DNA from: Candidatus Altimarinota bacterium
GTDB taxonomy: Bacteria; Patescibacteriota; Gracilibacteria; UBA4473
Length of the DNA stretch: 64,000 bases
NCBI GenBank assembly: GCA_020631075.1
Contig: JAHDHX010000001.1
Coordinates: 11,283 to 75,282, forward strand
Direction of reading: 5' to 3'
Position 1 is the first letter of the stretch. Each line of letters starts with the position of its first letter. The notes beneath the pieces are model-generated. The model ran no database searches and was not told where the DNA came from. It saw nothing but the letters and a program-made list of their open reading frames with translations. A program made the translations under genes and the position numbers. Shown here piece by piece: positions 55,695 to 63,674 of this stretch.

Positions 55695-57641
55695 ATGATG
55701 ACAAACATAGGTAAACGGGGACGGAACTGGCTGCTGGGGGGACTGCTGTGGGCGTGCCTGTGTGGGGGGGCGGTCGTGCAAGCGCAGGCCGAAGCTGGTA
55801 CCGACAATGAAACTGTGCAGACGGAAACTGCGCCAGTGGAAACGGCCGCGGAAGCAGAGCGAGTAGAAAAAGAAGAAGCCACAGACCCACCAGCGGGGGT
55901 GATGAACGCGGCCACGCGGGTGGAATTTGCCGAGGGGGAGTATGCGGTGGGGGACCAAGCGCAGCTGCAAATGGAGGTGCAAACGGGGGGGGGAGCCGAA
56001 GCGCTGACCGGGGTGGCGGTGCAGCTGTCGCTGCCAGAGTCGCTGCAGTATGTGGGGGACACGGGGGCGGCGCTGGTGGGGGAGGGGTACTATAACGCGA
56101 CGACCAACACCTGGACGGTGCCGACCCTGGGCCCAGACGAGCAGGCGGAACTGACGGTAGACCTGTCGGTGGTGGGGGGAGAAGAGACGGCCGTCGGGTA
56201 CACCTGGACGGTGGCTGACCCCGAGCAGGTGAACTGGGCGGTGGCAGACGACCTGCAGGGGGAGGTGGAGTTTACTCCGCAGGTGACGACGGTGCGGACG
56301 GTGATGGGGTTCACGCAGTCGGAAATGATGCCGGGGGAAACGGTTAAGCTGCAAATAGAGGCGGGGAGTGCGGAAACGCTGGTGGGGGAGTATTTTTATC
56401 AAATAGGGGCGGAAGAGGCGTCGGTGCTGGTGTACACGAACCATACGGGTGATGGGAGCTATGACCCGTTGACTGGAAAATGGACGGTGGACTATGAAGC
56501 GCTGGACGAAGGGACGGCGGTGCTGGAAATAGAAATGATGTTGCCGCAGGACACCAGCAGTGCGGGGACTGACCGCTGGACTGTCAGCTGGGCGGATGAA
56601 ACGACGGTGAAAGGAGCGGCGCTGGTGGGGGAGGGGGCGCTGGTGGGGTATGGGCCGCGGATGCTGGGGCTGGATGGGATGTCGGTGGGGCTGGAGACCC
56701 AGCCAGAGACGGCCCAGCCCGGGGAGTATGTGCAGTATCTGCTGACGCTCGACAACCAGCAACGCACGGCCGTGGAGGGGGTGCGGGTGGTGAATCTGGT
56801 AAATAGTCCTGAACTGCTGTATGTGTATGACTCAGTCGCGGTGGCGGGGGTAGCGCAAACCGACCGCGTGGACCGTGACCAGGTGGCGCTCGACCATAAA
56901 CAGGGGGTGGCGCTGGAAATAGACACAATCGCTGAAGGGGAGCGGGTGGTGGTGGAGTTTTTCACGCAGGTGCGGCCAGACACAGACGCGGAGGTGGTGC
57001 TGAACCAATTTGCGGTGACGGACGGGGAGGGGCAGCAGGTGCTGGTGGAGCATGCGCTCCCGCTGGTGCAACAAGCAGCGATGGCGTGTGAAATGATGGC
57101 ACTGGAGCCTGAACTGGGGCTGGATGTGGGGCTGATAGACACGCCGAAAAGCTCGCCGTGGCGGGCGGGAGTGGAAGCGCTGTATGCCCGTGGGGTGATG
57201 ACCGGGCAGGGGGAAGTGGGGCGGATGGCGATAGACCAGAAGGTGAACCGTGCGGAGATGGCCAAGATGCTGCTGCTGGCGGTGGGGGAGCCGCTGAAGG
57301 TGGGGTGTCTGACGGGAGAGTTTGATGATGTGGCGGCGGGGGCGTGGTATGAGCCGTATGTGTTGAACCTTGTGGATCGGGGTGTGGTGCGGGGGTATGA
57401 CAATGGGGACTTCGGCCCTGCGGATGACGTGCGACTGGGGGAAGCGGCCAAGATGGTGGCGTTGAGCTTTGGGCTGGAGGTAGACACCAAAAAAGGGGTG
57501 CTGGGCCACTGGGCGGGGCCGTATGTGACGGCGCTGCAAGAAGCGGGCTGGCTGGGGGAAATGGTGCTGGGGGATGGGAACTTGGAACGACAGCTGACCC
57601 GTGGGGAAGTGGCGGCGCTGCTGGGGGCGGCGGTGCAGTAG
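55695..57641 (+). CDS. Secreted surface protein with DUF11-like beta domains and C-terminal S-layer homology (SLH) domains
   Basis: Signal peptide; YN..T.TWTV..L and YDP.TGKWTV (DUF11-like); AQPGEYVQYLLT; SLH motifs VNRAEMAKML, FDDV...WY..YV, GY.NG.F.P, LTRGEVA. Confidence 0.85.
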   Translation: MMTNIGKRGRNWLLGGLLWACLCGGAVVQAQAEAGTDNETVQTETAPVETAAEAERVEKEEATDPPAGVMNAATRVEFAEGEYAVGDQAQLQMEVQTGGGAEALTGVAVQLSLPESLQYVGDTGAALVGEGYYNATTNTWTVPTLGPDEQAELTVDLSVVGGEETAVGYTWTVADPEQVNWAVADDLQGEVEFTPQVTTVRTVMGFTQSEMMPGETVKLQIEAGSAETLVGEYFYQIGAEEASVLVYTNHTGDGSYDPLTGKWTVDYEALDEGTAVLEIEMMLPQDTSSAGTDRWTVSWADETTVKGAALVGEGALVGYGPRMLGLDGMSVGLETQPETAQPGEYVQYLLTLDNQQRTAVEGVRVVNLVNSPELLYVYDSVAVAGVAQTDRVDRDQVALDHKQGVALEIDTIAEGERVVVEFFTQVRPDTDAEVVLNQFAVTDGEGQQVLVEHALPLVQQAAMACEMMALEPELGLDVGLIDTPKSSPWRAGVEALYARGVMTGQGEVGRMAIDQKVNRAEMAKMLLLAVGEPLKVGCLTGEFDDVAAGAWYEPYVLNLVDRGVVRGYDNGDFGPADDVRLGEAAKMVALSFGLEVDTKKGVLGHWAGPYVTALQEAGWLGEMVLGDGNLERQLTRGEVAALLGAAVQ

Positions 57642-57663
57642 GGGGGTGGGTTCCGTTTTTAAT

Positions 57664-58575
57664 CTAAGGTTGTTTTGGTTGGGGGGATTGCTGAAGCTGG
57701 CGGCAGTGCTGCGCTATGTGGGCGTAGGTTTTTTGGGCTTGCTGGAACAGTGACTGGCGCACAGACACCAAATGTAATGAAGACTGAGGCCCGAAGTGAG
57801 CGGTGGGTGGGTGCTGACGGATGAGCTGCTGCACCAGACAGGTGGGGGAGTCCGGCTGGGGGGAGTGGCACTGTGACAAGAGGTCCTGCAGATGCTGGGG
57901 GTCGATGAAGCTGTGGATGGCGGAGACGAGGAGGGACTTCTGGCTAATGAAGTGGTGGAACTGGCTGAGCTGAGATTCGGTGTGGTGGAGTTGCTGGGTG
58001 AGGGATTCGAGCTGGGGCCAGTCAGTGGTGGGACTGAGCTGGGTGAGCTGTCGGTGCAGCTGGGTGAAGCGGAGGTGGAGCTGACTGGCTGGCTGAGTAC
58101 CGAGCAAGTGCTGCCGATAGGGCTGCAGAAAGGGGGCGAGGATGCGGCGGGTGAGCTGGAGCGAAAGAGTGGCCCAGAAGAGCTCGCTGAAGGGCTGACC
58201 CGTGGCCCGAGCGTGCAGGGCTATGGCCTGCGGAAAGAGGAGGGTGGTGGTGCTGTGCGGCACGAAGGCGCCGAGTAGTAGCTGGGTGGAGGAGGCGGGG
58301 AGGGCCCGTGGGGCGACATAAAATGAGACGCTGTGGGCGCGCACTTGCAGGCCAAGTTGGCGGAAATGAGTGATGAGCCGTGGCGGGATGGGGAGGCGGA
58401 AGCGACGGAGGCTGAGGGTGCGGATGAGGGGGCGCTTGGACGGGGACTGGGCGAGGCGGTCAAGCAGGAGGTCAAGCGCGCAGTGGTGGGCACCGTGGAG
58501 GGAGTATTTTGAAAAATCTGGCTTGGGGGCCAGCGTGGACTCAATGGTGAGGTCGGTGAGGGAGAGGTGCTGCAT
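57664..58575 (-). CDS. Hypothetical protein with a coiled-coil segment
   Basis: 303-aa ORF filling the gap between neighbours; strongly L/Q/H/S/P-biased, as expected for this C-rich strand. Confidence 0.55.
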   Translation of the reverse strand: MQHLSLTDLTIESTLAPKPDFSKYSLHGAHHCALDLLLDRLAQSPSKRPLIRTLSLRRFRLPIPPRLITHFRQLGLQVRAHSVSFYVAPRALPASSTQLLLGAFVPHSTTTLLFPQAIALHARATGQPFSELFWATLSLQLTRRILAPFLQPYRQHLLGTQPASQLHLRFTQLHRQLTQLSPTTDWPQLESLTQQLHHTESQLSQFHHFISQKSLLVSAIHSFIDPQHLQDLLSQCHSPQPDSPTCLVQQLIRQHPPTAHFGPQSSLHLVSVRQSLFQQAQKTYAHIAQHCRQLQQSPQPKQP

Positions 58576-58633
58576 CGGCCGTAGGGATACGGCAGATGGT
58601 TTTATTTGTCAATTTTATATTGTATTTTATTAT

Positions 58634-59386
58634 CTATTTTTCAGATGAAGAGAGTTGGGTGAATTTGGCTAAAAATGTCTCGACGCAGGGGGAGACGTCG
58701 TGCTCGTCAGACAGGGACTGGGTGTCGTAGGTGTCGTAGAGGCGGAGGCGGTAGAGGAGCTCGGCGAGGTTGAGCTCTGGGTGGAACTGGAACCCCCAGA
58801 CGCGCGGGGCGTAGCGACAGGCCGTGATGGGGCAGCGGTCGGAGGCGCTGAGAACAGTGGCGGAGTCGGGGACGGAAATGACGGAGCCCTGATGCCCGAC
58901 GACGGCTAGAAATTCGTCGGGGAAGTGGCCGATGAGGGGGTCGGTGCTGGCGGCGGGGGTGAGGTATTGCGGGAGGACGCCGCACTCGCCGTAGGCGGGG
59001 TCGGCGGTGACTTGGCCGCCGTAGAGGTCGGCCAAGAGCTGGTGCCCGAAGCAGCTGCCGAGCACGAAGACACCGCGGTCGATGGCGCTGGTGATCAGTG
59101 GTTTGACCTTTGCGATGGTGTCGTCGACCCACTGACGGACTGGGCCCTGGGACTCGTACCCTGCCTCACCCCAGCCACCGATGATGAGGTGGGTGGCTTT
59201 GGCGAAAAAGGGAGCGAGGTCTGACTGGGTGACTGCGGGGTGAGCGCAGTTGAGCGCGATGATCTGGCCAAACGGAATGGCGGCGAGGCGCTGCATGCAC
59301 GCGAGCTCATGCGGGCCAGAGACGTCGGTGCGAAATTGCAGGATGACCACGAAGCGTTCAAAGGTGGGGAGGGTGCTGGTGGCCAT
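58634..59386 (-). CDS. Class I glutamine amidotransferase (stand-alone)
   Basis: IIGG, LGSCFGHQLLA..YGG (nucleophile Cys), HQ, GFQFHPE (His-x-Glu). Confidence 0.9.
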   Translation of the reverse strand: MATSTLPTFERFVVILQFRTDVSGPHELACMQRLAAIPFGQIIALNCAHPAVTQSDLAPFFAKATHLIIGGWGEAGYESQGPVRQWVDDTIAKVKPLITSAIDRGVFVLGSCFGHQLLADLYGGQVTADPAYGECGVLPQYLTPAASTDPLIGHFPDEFLAVVGHQGSVISVPDSATVLSASDRCPITACRYAPRVWGFQFHPELNLAELLYRLRLYDTYDTQSLSDEHDVSPCVETFLAKFTQLSSSEK

Positions 59387-59501
59387 AAAAAAAAGGTGAT
59401 GGTGTTGGGGTTCGACCTATTATAACAGGCAATTGCTTGGCGAGGGGGGAAAAAATCTTACATTGGGGGTGAAATCCTTACAATGTAATAGTTTGCACAC
59501 G

Positions 59502-59804
59502 ATGGCACAGGTGAAAGTGACGGATCACGCGGGGGAGATGGCGGGGGAGTTTGCGTCGAACGCGGAGGAGTCGGTGGGGGTACAGGCGCAAGATGCGGGG
59601 GTGCCGGTGATGTTTGGCTGTGGGTCGGGGGCGTGTGGGACCTGTCGCGCGACGGTGACGAAGGGGATGGAGCACCTGGACGCCGAGGCGATCGATGAAG
59701 CGCAGATAGAAACGGCAGAAAACGAGGTGCTGACGTGCCTGTGCGCGGTGAAGCCAGAGGCGCCTGCAGACGCGGAGATAGAACTGGCGCTGGAAAATCT
59801 GTAG
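59502..59804 (+). CDS. 2Fe-2S ferredoxin
   Basis: FGCGSGACGTC...LTC (Cx4Cx2C...C); acidic, about 100 aa. Confidence 0.9.
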   Translation: MAQVKVTDHAGEMAGEFASNAEESVGVQAQDAGVPVMFGCGSGACGTCRATVTKGMEHLDAEAIDEAQIETAENEVLTCLCAVKPEAPADAEIELALENL

Positions 59805-59837
59805 GGTGGTTGGCATTGCCTGTAAAACTGTGTGCGT

Positions 59838-60884
59838 ATGACTGGGCCAGAACTGGTGCTGGGGATAGAAACGTCGTGTGATGACACGGCGGCGGCCGTG
59901 GTGCGCGGGGGGACGGAGGTGCTGAGCCAAGTGAAGCACAGCCAGGGCCAGCACGCGACCTATGGCGGGGTGGTGCCAGAGCTGGCGGCGCGGTTGCACG
60001 CGGAGATGCTGCCCCGAGTGGTAGACCGTGCCCTGGCGGAAGCGGGGGTGACGTGGGGGGAAATAGACGCGGTGGCGGTGACGCAGGGGCCTGGGTTGCA
60101 GCCGTGCTTGCTGGTGGGAACGACCTATGGGAGTGTGATGGCGCAGCTGAAGGGAATACCGCTGGTGCCGGTGCATCACATCCATGGGCATATAGCTAGT
60201 GTGCGGCTCAACCAGCGGGGTGACTGGCCGTTGCCCGCGCTGTGCCTGACGGTGGCGGGGGGGCACACGCAGTTGCACCTCGTGCGGAGGTGGCTGGACG
60301 TGGTGCGACTGGGGCAGTCGCGGGATGATGCGCTGGGGGAGGTGTATGATAAGACGGCGAAGTACCTCGGGCTGGGGTACCCTGGGGGGCCTATCATCAG
60401 CCAGTTGGCTGACCAAGGTGATGGGGGGCGGTTTGCGTTGCCGCGGCCGTACCTTGGGAAGGGATCGTTGGAGTTTTCGTTTTCGGGCCTGAAGGCGGCG
60501 GTCAAGCGGCACTGTGAGCAGGCGGAGGTGATAGACGATGCGTTTCGTCGTGACATGGCGGCGTCGTTTCAGCGGACGGTGGAGGCGGTGCTGATAAAAA
60601 AGCTGGGCTGGGCACTGGCGGCGCACCCTGCGGTGCGGTCGATGTTTTTTGCGGGGGGGGTGTCGGCCAATCGGCAGCTGCGCGCACTGCTGGGGGGGTG
60701 GGCGGCGGAGCGGGGACTGGAACTGGGGGTGCCGAGTGAGATAGCGCTGAGCACAGACAATGCGGCCATGATAGCGGCGTCGGGGTGGCTGTGGGCGGTG
60801 GAGCGGGGACTGGCGCGGGCCCCGCGCCATGTGGAACCCAAGGGGCGGTGGGAGATGGGGGAGTGGCTGGGGGGAAATAGCTAG
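59838..60884 (+). CDS. tsaD: tRNA N6-adenosine threonylcarbamoyltransferase
   Basis: LGIETSCDDT, YGGVVPELAAR.H, GPGL, HHIHGH, GGHT, DDALGE.YDK, FSFSGLK, GGVSAN, TDNAAMI. Confidence 0.97.
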   Translation: MTGPELVLGIETSCDDTAAAVVRGGTEVLSQVKHSQGQHATYGGVVPELAARLHAEMLPRVVDRALAEAGVTWGEIDAVAVTQGPGLQPCLLVGTTYGSVMAQLKGIPLVPVHHIHGHIASVRLNQRGDWPLPALCLTVAGGHTQLHLVRRWLDVVRLGQSRDDALGEVYDKTAKYLGLGYPGGPIISQLADQGDGGRFALPRPYLGKGSLEFSFSGLKAAVKRHCEQAEVIDDAFRRDMAASFQRTVEAVLIKKLGWALAAHPAVRSMFFAGGVSANRQLRALLGGWAAERGLELGVPSEIALSTDNAAMIAASGWLWAVERGLARAPRHVEPKGRWEMGEWLGGNS

Positions 60885-61072
60885 GCAGTCTTGATATAAC
60901 GGTGTTAGAAAAGTGATAGATTGAAAGAAGAAATCTCGAACAAAAATGAATCTTTTTCGCGAGGGTACGCTTGAGAACTGCAAAAGGTACGAAGGTACCT
61001 TTTGCAAACCTCGCACTCCCCTCACATGAAATCTCCTATTTTTGTTTCGAGACCGTTTATGTCGACACTACC
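60884..61072. mobile_element. MITE-like rod-shaped element 2 (~189 bp) between the stop codons of tsaD and the Cys-rich gene
   Basis: CTAGGCAGTCTTGATATAACGGT (60881-903) and ACCGTTTATGTCGACACTACCTAG (61052-75) form an imperfect inverted repeat; inner TCTCGAACAAAAAT/ATTTTTGTTTCGAGA; perfect apical stem TGCAAAAGGTAC-gaag-GTACCTTTTGCA (60979-61006). Confidence 0.75.
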
Positions 61073-62733
61073 TAGTCTACCACTTCGTTGTTGTAGACGT
61101 CTTCGGAGACGATTTGCTCGGGGCGGTCGGGGTGGTAGGGGGTGCGAAGGGGGACGCCTGAAACGGAGCAGGGGCGGTCGTGTAACTCCCGCGGGAGACG
61201 AAGAGCGAGACGGTCAGCGTGGCGGGCCCAGAAGGATTTGCGGGGGAGGGGGAGGGCCATGTCGCGGTAGAACTTGAGTTCTGATTTTTGCAGTTTGAAG
61301 TTGCGGCCCGTGTCGGGGCACTGGAGCATTTGCTGGGTGATGTCGGCGGGGATGTCGCTGGCGCTGTCAGGGAGGGCGATGGTCTGGGGGATGGTTTCTT
61401 TGGGGTTGGTGTCTTGCCATTTGTAGCCTCGGGCGAGCGCCTGGCTGCGGGTGAGGGGGAGATAGTCTTGGGCGTGGGAGTGGTTGTAGTAGAAGGGGGA
61501 ATCTTTAATCGGGAAAAATTCGCCCCACTCACCCGTGGAGCGCATATGCTCGATGATTTTTTTGGTCAGGTCTTGGTATTCGGCTTCGGAGTATTGCTGG
61601 TTGAGGATGCGGAATTTGGCTTTATTGACCCCGACGCACCCGAAGAGGTGCTCGGAGGACTGGCAGTAGAAGCAGTAGCGGAGGAATTTGTTGTTGTTGA
61701 GGCAGTGGGTGATGGCGATGTTGTCATAACAAACGTAGCCGCTGGTGGCGCACTCGTAGAGGAGTTCGGCGCCGTCGCCGACTTCGGTGCAGTCGATGCA
61801 GGTTTTGGCGTCGTCAAAGGCTTGGGTGACGTAGGCACAACCCCACAGGCGTGAGGAGTCGAAGCATTCGTGGGAGTCTTTGGAATGGGTGAGGTAGTTG
61901 CCGGTGACGTTTTCGTTTTGGATGCCTTCCATAAACCGATGGGGGAAGCGCTGCACAAACTGCTGAAAGTGGGCCCGCAGGGGCGACAGGCCAGAGTAGG
62001 TGTCGAGCCGAAGGGCGGCGAGCTTGGCTTGGTACTCCTCTTTGGTGCATTTTTCGTTCATGAAGTAGTACTGCTTGTTGCGGAGATTAACGCAGCCGAA
62101 GCAGTCGTGGCAGCCGATGCAGTTTTTAAGGAAGGCGGAAGAGGAGCAGTTGTGGCAGTTTTGTAGAAATTTGCTGTCGTAGCAGCTGACGCAGTCGATG
62201 CACTCGTAGCAGAGCTCGCACGAGCGGAGGCGGAAGCAGTCGCAGCAGTTTTGGCAGGAATTAATGGAATAGCTGTAGTAGCAGTCCCAGTTTTTGTCGG
62301 AGTCGAAGACGAAGTAGCAATTTTTATTCTTCCCAGCGTAGTTGGTGTAGTCGCTGTTTTCGTCGTATTGCGGGGTGCGTTGCAGGTTGGGCCGAGGGGC
62401 GACTTGTAGGAGGTCGTGGAACTGGTCGAAGAAGGGGCGGTGGAAGTCGTAGTCACGGCCAGTGGCGAGCTGGTCCCATTGGTCGGTATTCCAGAGGTGG
62501 ATGTCCATCACGGGGTGGGCGAACTCGGGTGGGTAGTGGCTGAGGATGGGTTTACCCGAGTGGCAGCAGGTGGTGCGATAGAACTCTAACTGGTTTGACC
62601 AGGCCATGCGCCGACGGGCGCGTTCGTCGGGGTGGAGGGTGGGGGTGGGGACGTCGAATTTTTGGTAAAATTCTAGATCGGCTTCGCGGACAGTGAAGGA
62701 GCGGCCAGAGACGGGGCAGGTTTTGGTTTGCAT
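61072..62733 (-). CDS. CPR-type Cys-rich repeat protein (Zn-ribbon-like ends, central CxxC/CxxS repeats); function unknown
   Basis: Two blocks of short Cys repeats (..SCQNCCDC..SCELCYECIDCVSCYDS..NCIGCHDCFGCVNL; ..SSEHLFGCVG), WDQLATGRDYDFHRPFF.QF, GEWGEFFP, YN.S.AQ.Y.P. Confidence 0.85.
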   Translation of the reverse strand: MQTKTCPVSGRSFTVREADLEFYQKFDVPTPTLHPDERARRRMAWSNQLEFYRTTCCHSGKPILSHYPPEFAHPVMDIHLWNTDQWDQLATGRDYDFHRPFFDQFHDLLQVAPRPNLQRTPQYDENSDYTNYAGKNKNCYFVFDSDKNWDCYYSYSINSCQNCCDCFRLRSCELCYECIDCVSCYDSKFLQNCHNCSSSAFLKNCIGCHDCFGCVNLRNKQYYFMNEKCTKEEYQAKLAALRLDTYSGLSPLRAHFQQFVQRFPHRFMEGIQNENVTGNYLTHSKDSHECFDSSRLWGCAYVTQAFDDAKTCIDCTEVGDGAELLYECATSGYVCYDNIAITHCLNNNKFLRYCFYCQSSEHLFGCVGVNKAKFRILNQQYSEAEYQDLTKKIIEHMRSTGEWGEFFPIKDSPFYYNHSHAQDYLPLTRSQALARGYKWQDTNPKETIPQTIALPDSASDIPADITQQMLQCPDTGRNFKLQKSELKFYRDMALPLPRKSFWARHADRLALRLPRELHDRPCSVSGVPLRTPYHPDRPEQIVSEDVYNNEVVD

Positions 62734-62849
62734 GGTTTTAGTATTTGTATTTCTATTTATTTTATCAAGAGGAGGGTGTGGTTGGCAAGTGGATTGCGAG
62801 AGGGGGCTGTGTGTGGGTATACTGGAGGTGTGTTGGGAAAAATTAACAG

Positions 62850-63674
62850 ATGGAAATGGAGCAGGTGTTGCGAAAAATCGGCCTGAGTGACAAGGAAGTG
62901 CAGATATATCTGACGGCGTTGCAGCTGGGGCGAGCGCCAGCGAGCACGATTGCGGCGGGGGCGGGGCTAAACCGTTCGACGGGGTACTTGCTGATGAAAG
63001 AGCTGGTGAAGCGGGGGTTTTTGACCCGTACGACGCGGGGGGCGGTGCAGCACTTTGCCGCGGTGGAGCCAGCGCGAATAGTGCCGGTGCTCGAAGCGCA
63101 GGTGGACGCGTGGGGGCGACGGGTGGCGGAATATGAAGCGGTGGTGCCTGAGCTGGAAGCGTTGAGACCAGCGGGGTTGTCGGCGCCGAAGTTGCGGTAT
63201 TACCACGGGCATGAAAATGTGGCGCGGTTGTATAAAGAAATCCAGCGGGAACCAGTGTGGTGCGGGTTTTTTGATCCGTTGTACATACAGGAACAGTTTC
63301 CGCCTGAGTTGCACTTTGAGGTGATAGCGGGGGCGATGCAAAAACGGGCCACCAATGTGCGAGACCTGATGGTCGATAGCCCGTATGTGCGGGAGATGGC
63401 GGAGAAGTACACGACGCCTGGGTATGAGTACCGTGTGTTGCCGGTGGGGACGGTGGTGCGGTCGGATACGATTATCTTGCCTGATCGGTACTATCAAGTG
63501 TCTTTTGCGGCGGATGACTGCCATATGATCGAGATCGTGGAGCCCAACCTGACGGCGGCGCAGCAGCTGATGTTTGACGGGCTGTGGGCACAGGCGGAGC
63601 CGCTGCACAAGCGGGAGGTTGGGGCTGGTGAGGGGGGTTTGAATAACGAACTGAGTAGAGCAAAGAGCCTCTAG
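62850..63674 (+). CDS. TrmB-family transcriptional regulator, divergent from the Cys-rich gene
   Basis: IGLSDKEVQIYL..LQLG, IA..AGLNRST.Y..MKELVK.G HTH; YYHG; C-terminal I.EP.L...QQLMFD.LW. Confidence 0.88.
   Translation: MEMEQVLRKIGLSDKEVQIYLTALQLGRAPASTIAAGAGLNRSTGYLLMKELVKRGFLTRTTRGAVQHFAAVEPARIVPVLEAQVDAWGRRVAEYEAVVPELEALRPAGLSAPKLRYYHGHENVARLYKEIQREPVWCGFFDPLYIQEQFPPELHFEVIAGAMQKRATNVRDLMVDSPYVREMAEKYTTPGYEYRVLPVGTVVRSDTIILPDRYYQVSFAADDCHMIEIVEPNLTAAQQLMFDGLWAQAEPLHKREVGAGEGGLNNELSRAKSL

Noticed and set aside
56492-61025. Long antisense ORFs (56492-57490, 59478-61025; also 6904-8058, 9823-10866, 55617-56762)
   Set aside because: They are shadows of real genes caused by high GC and skewed codon usage, with R/P/H- or S/T-rich translations and no recognisable motifs.
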